A stretch of DNA of 62,756 nucleotides, filler included, from Hausera hauseri (taxonomy: Eukaryota): NCBI GenBank assembly GCA_046269625.1. It is 13 parts of 13 records of this genome, joined end to end, with 100 filler letters (N's around TTAATTAATTAA, not from the genome) between each part and the next. Parts side by side here need not be neighbours in the genome. Positions count along the whole stretch, not along the records: positions 58,464 to 62,756 come from JBJURY010652219.1; 12 more parts are not named here. One strand, 5' to 3'. Shown in pieces: positions 62,474-62,756 of this stretch. A program made the translations under genes and the position numbers. Below the pieces are notes generated by a model. It ran no database searches. It was not told where the DNA came from and saw nothing but the letters and a program-made list of their open reading frames with translations. Position 1 is the stretch's first letter; each line of letters begins with the position of its first letter.

Positions 62474-62587
62474 AAGAAACACATTTTAGATATCCATAAA
62501 TTTTGTTTTACCGTTCTTCTTTTACTTCTTCTTTCATCAACCCAATTAAAGAGTATAACGTATAATTTTAATATTAGCATAAGAATA

Positions 62588-62756
62588 ATGATAATGAATG
62601 ATGTAAAGATTATCTTAACAGATGCAAATGCCTTTGTACCGAGACATATTACAGCAAACAGTGCAGGCTACGATGTTTTCCAATGTCAATACCACAATTT
62701 CGGCCAGAACAATCAAATGCATAACGACTGGGCTTCGATTGGCGATTCCACCCGGT
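62588..62756 (+). pseudogene. dut: dUTPase, 5' part with one frameshift; runs off the window
   Basis: NAFVPRHITANSAGYDVF / NTTISARTIKCITTGLRLAIPPG (motif 1 AGYD plus TGL...IP.G). Confidence 0.85.

Overview
AT-rich eukaryotic DNA, most likely an invertebrate animal (introns of 42-46 bp are visible). The window is not contiguous. It is 13 unrelated contigs of about 4-5.8 kb joined by an artificial 100-bp linker (N44-TTAATTAATTAA-N44), so no synteny can be read across linkers. Host genes: an intact intronless type II glutamine synthetase on a contig with exact 77-bp terminal repeats, the last exon of a GIGYF-like gene, an aminergic GPCR and a highly divergent spliced CAP/Srv2 homologue. Most of the rest is decayed mobile DNA: Maverick/Polinton (adintovirus-like) modules in four contigs (pPolB, packaging ATPase, integrase, minor capsid, dUTPase), a Ty3/Gypsy pol, hAT-like and Chapaev-like transposases, LINE scraps and a 4.2-kb TTCG/TTCC microsatellite. 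Two things stand out. (1) A 110-bp GC-rich 'head' element (TGTGGTGCCC...GAAA) occurs twice, 83% identical. Each copy is inserted in a pPolB gene and fused at the same nucleotide to a different cargo: a near full-length intronless prosaposin, or an apparent 3' coding end plus UTR. This suggests an mRNA-capturing mobile system. (2) A compact virus-like cassette has two IAP/RING genes, a gag and a chuvirus/gB-like envelope gene, with no pol. All family assignments come from motif recognition by eye, not database searches.
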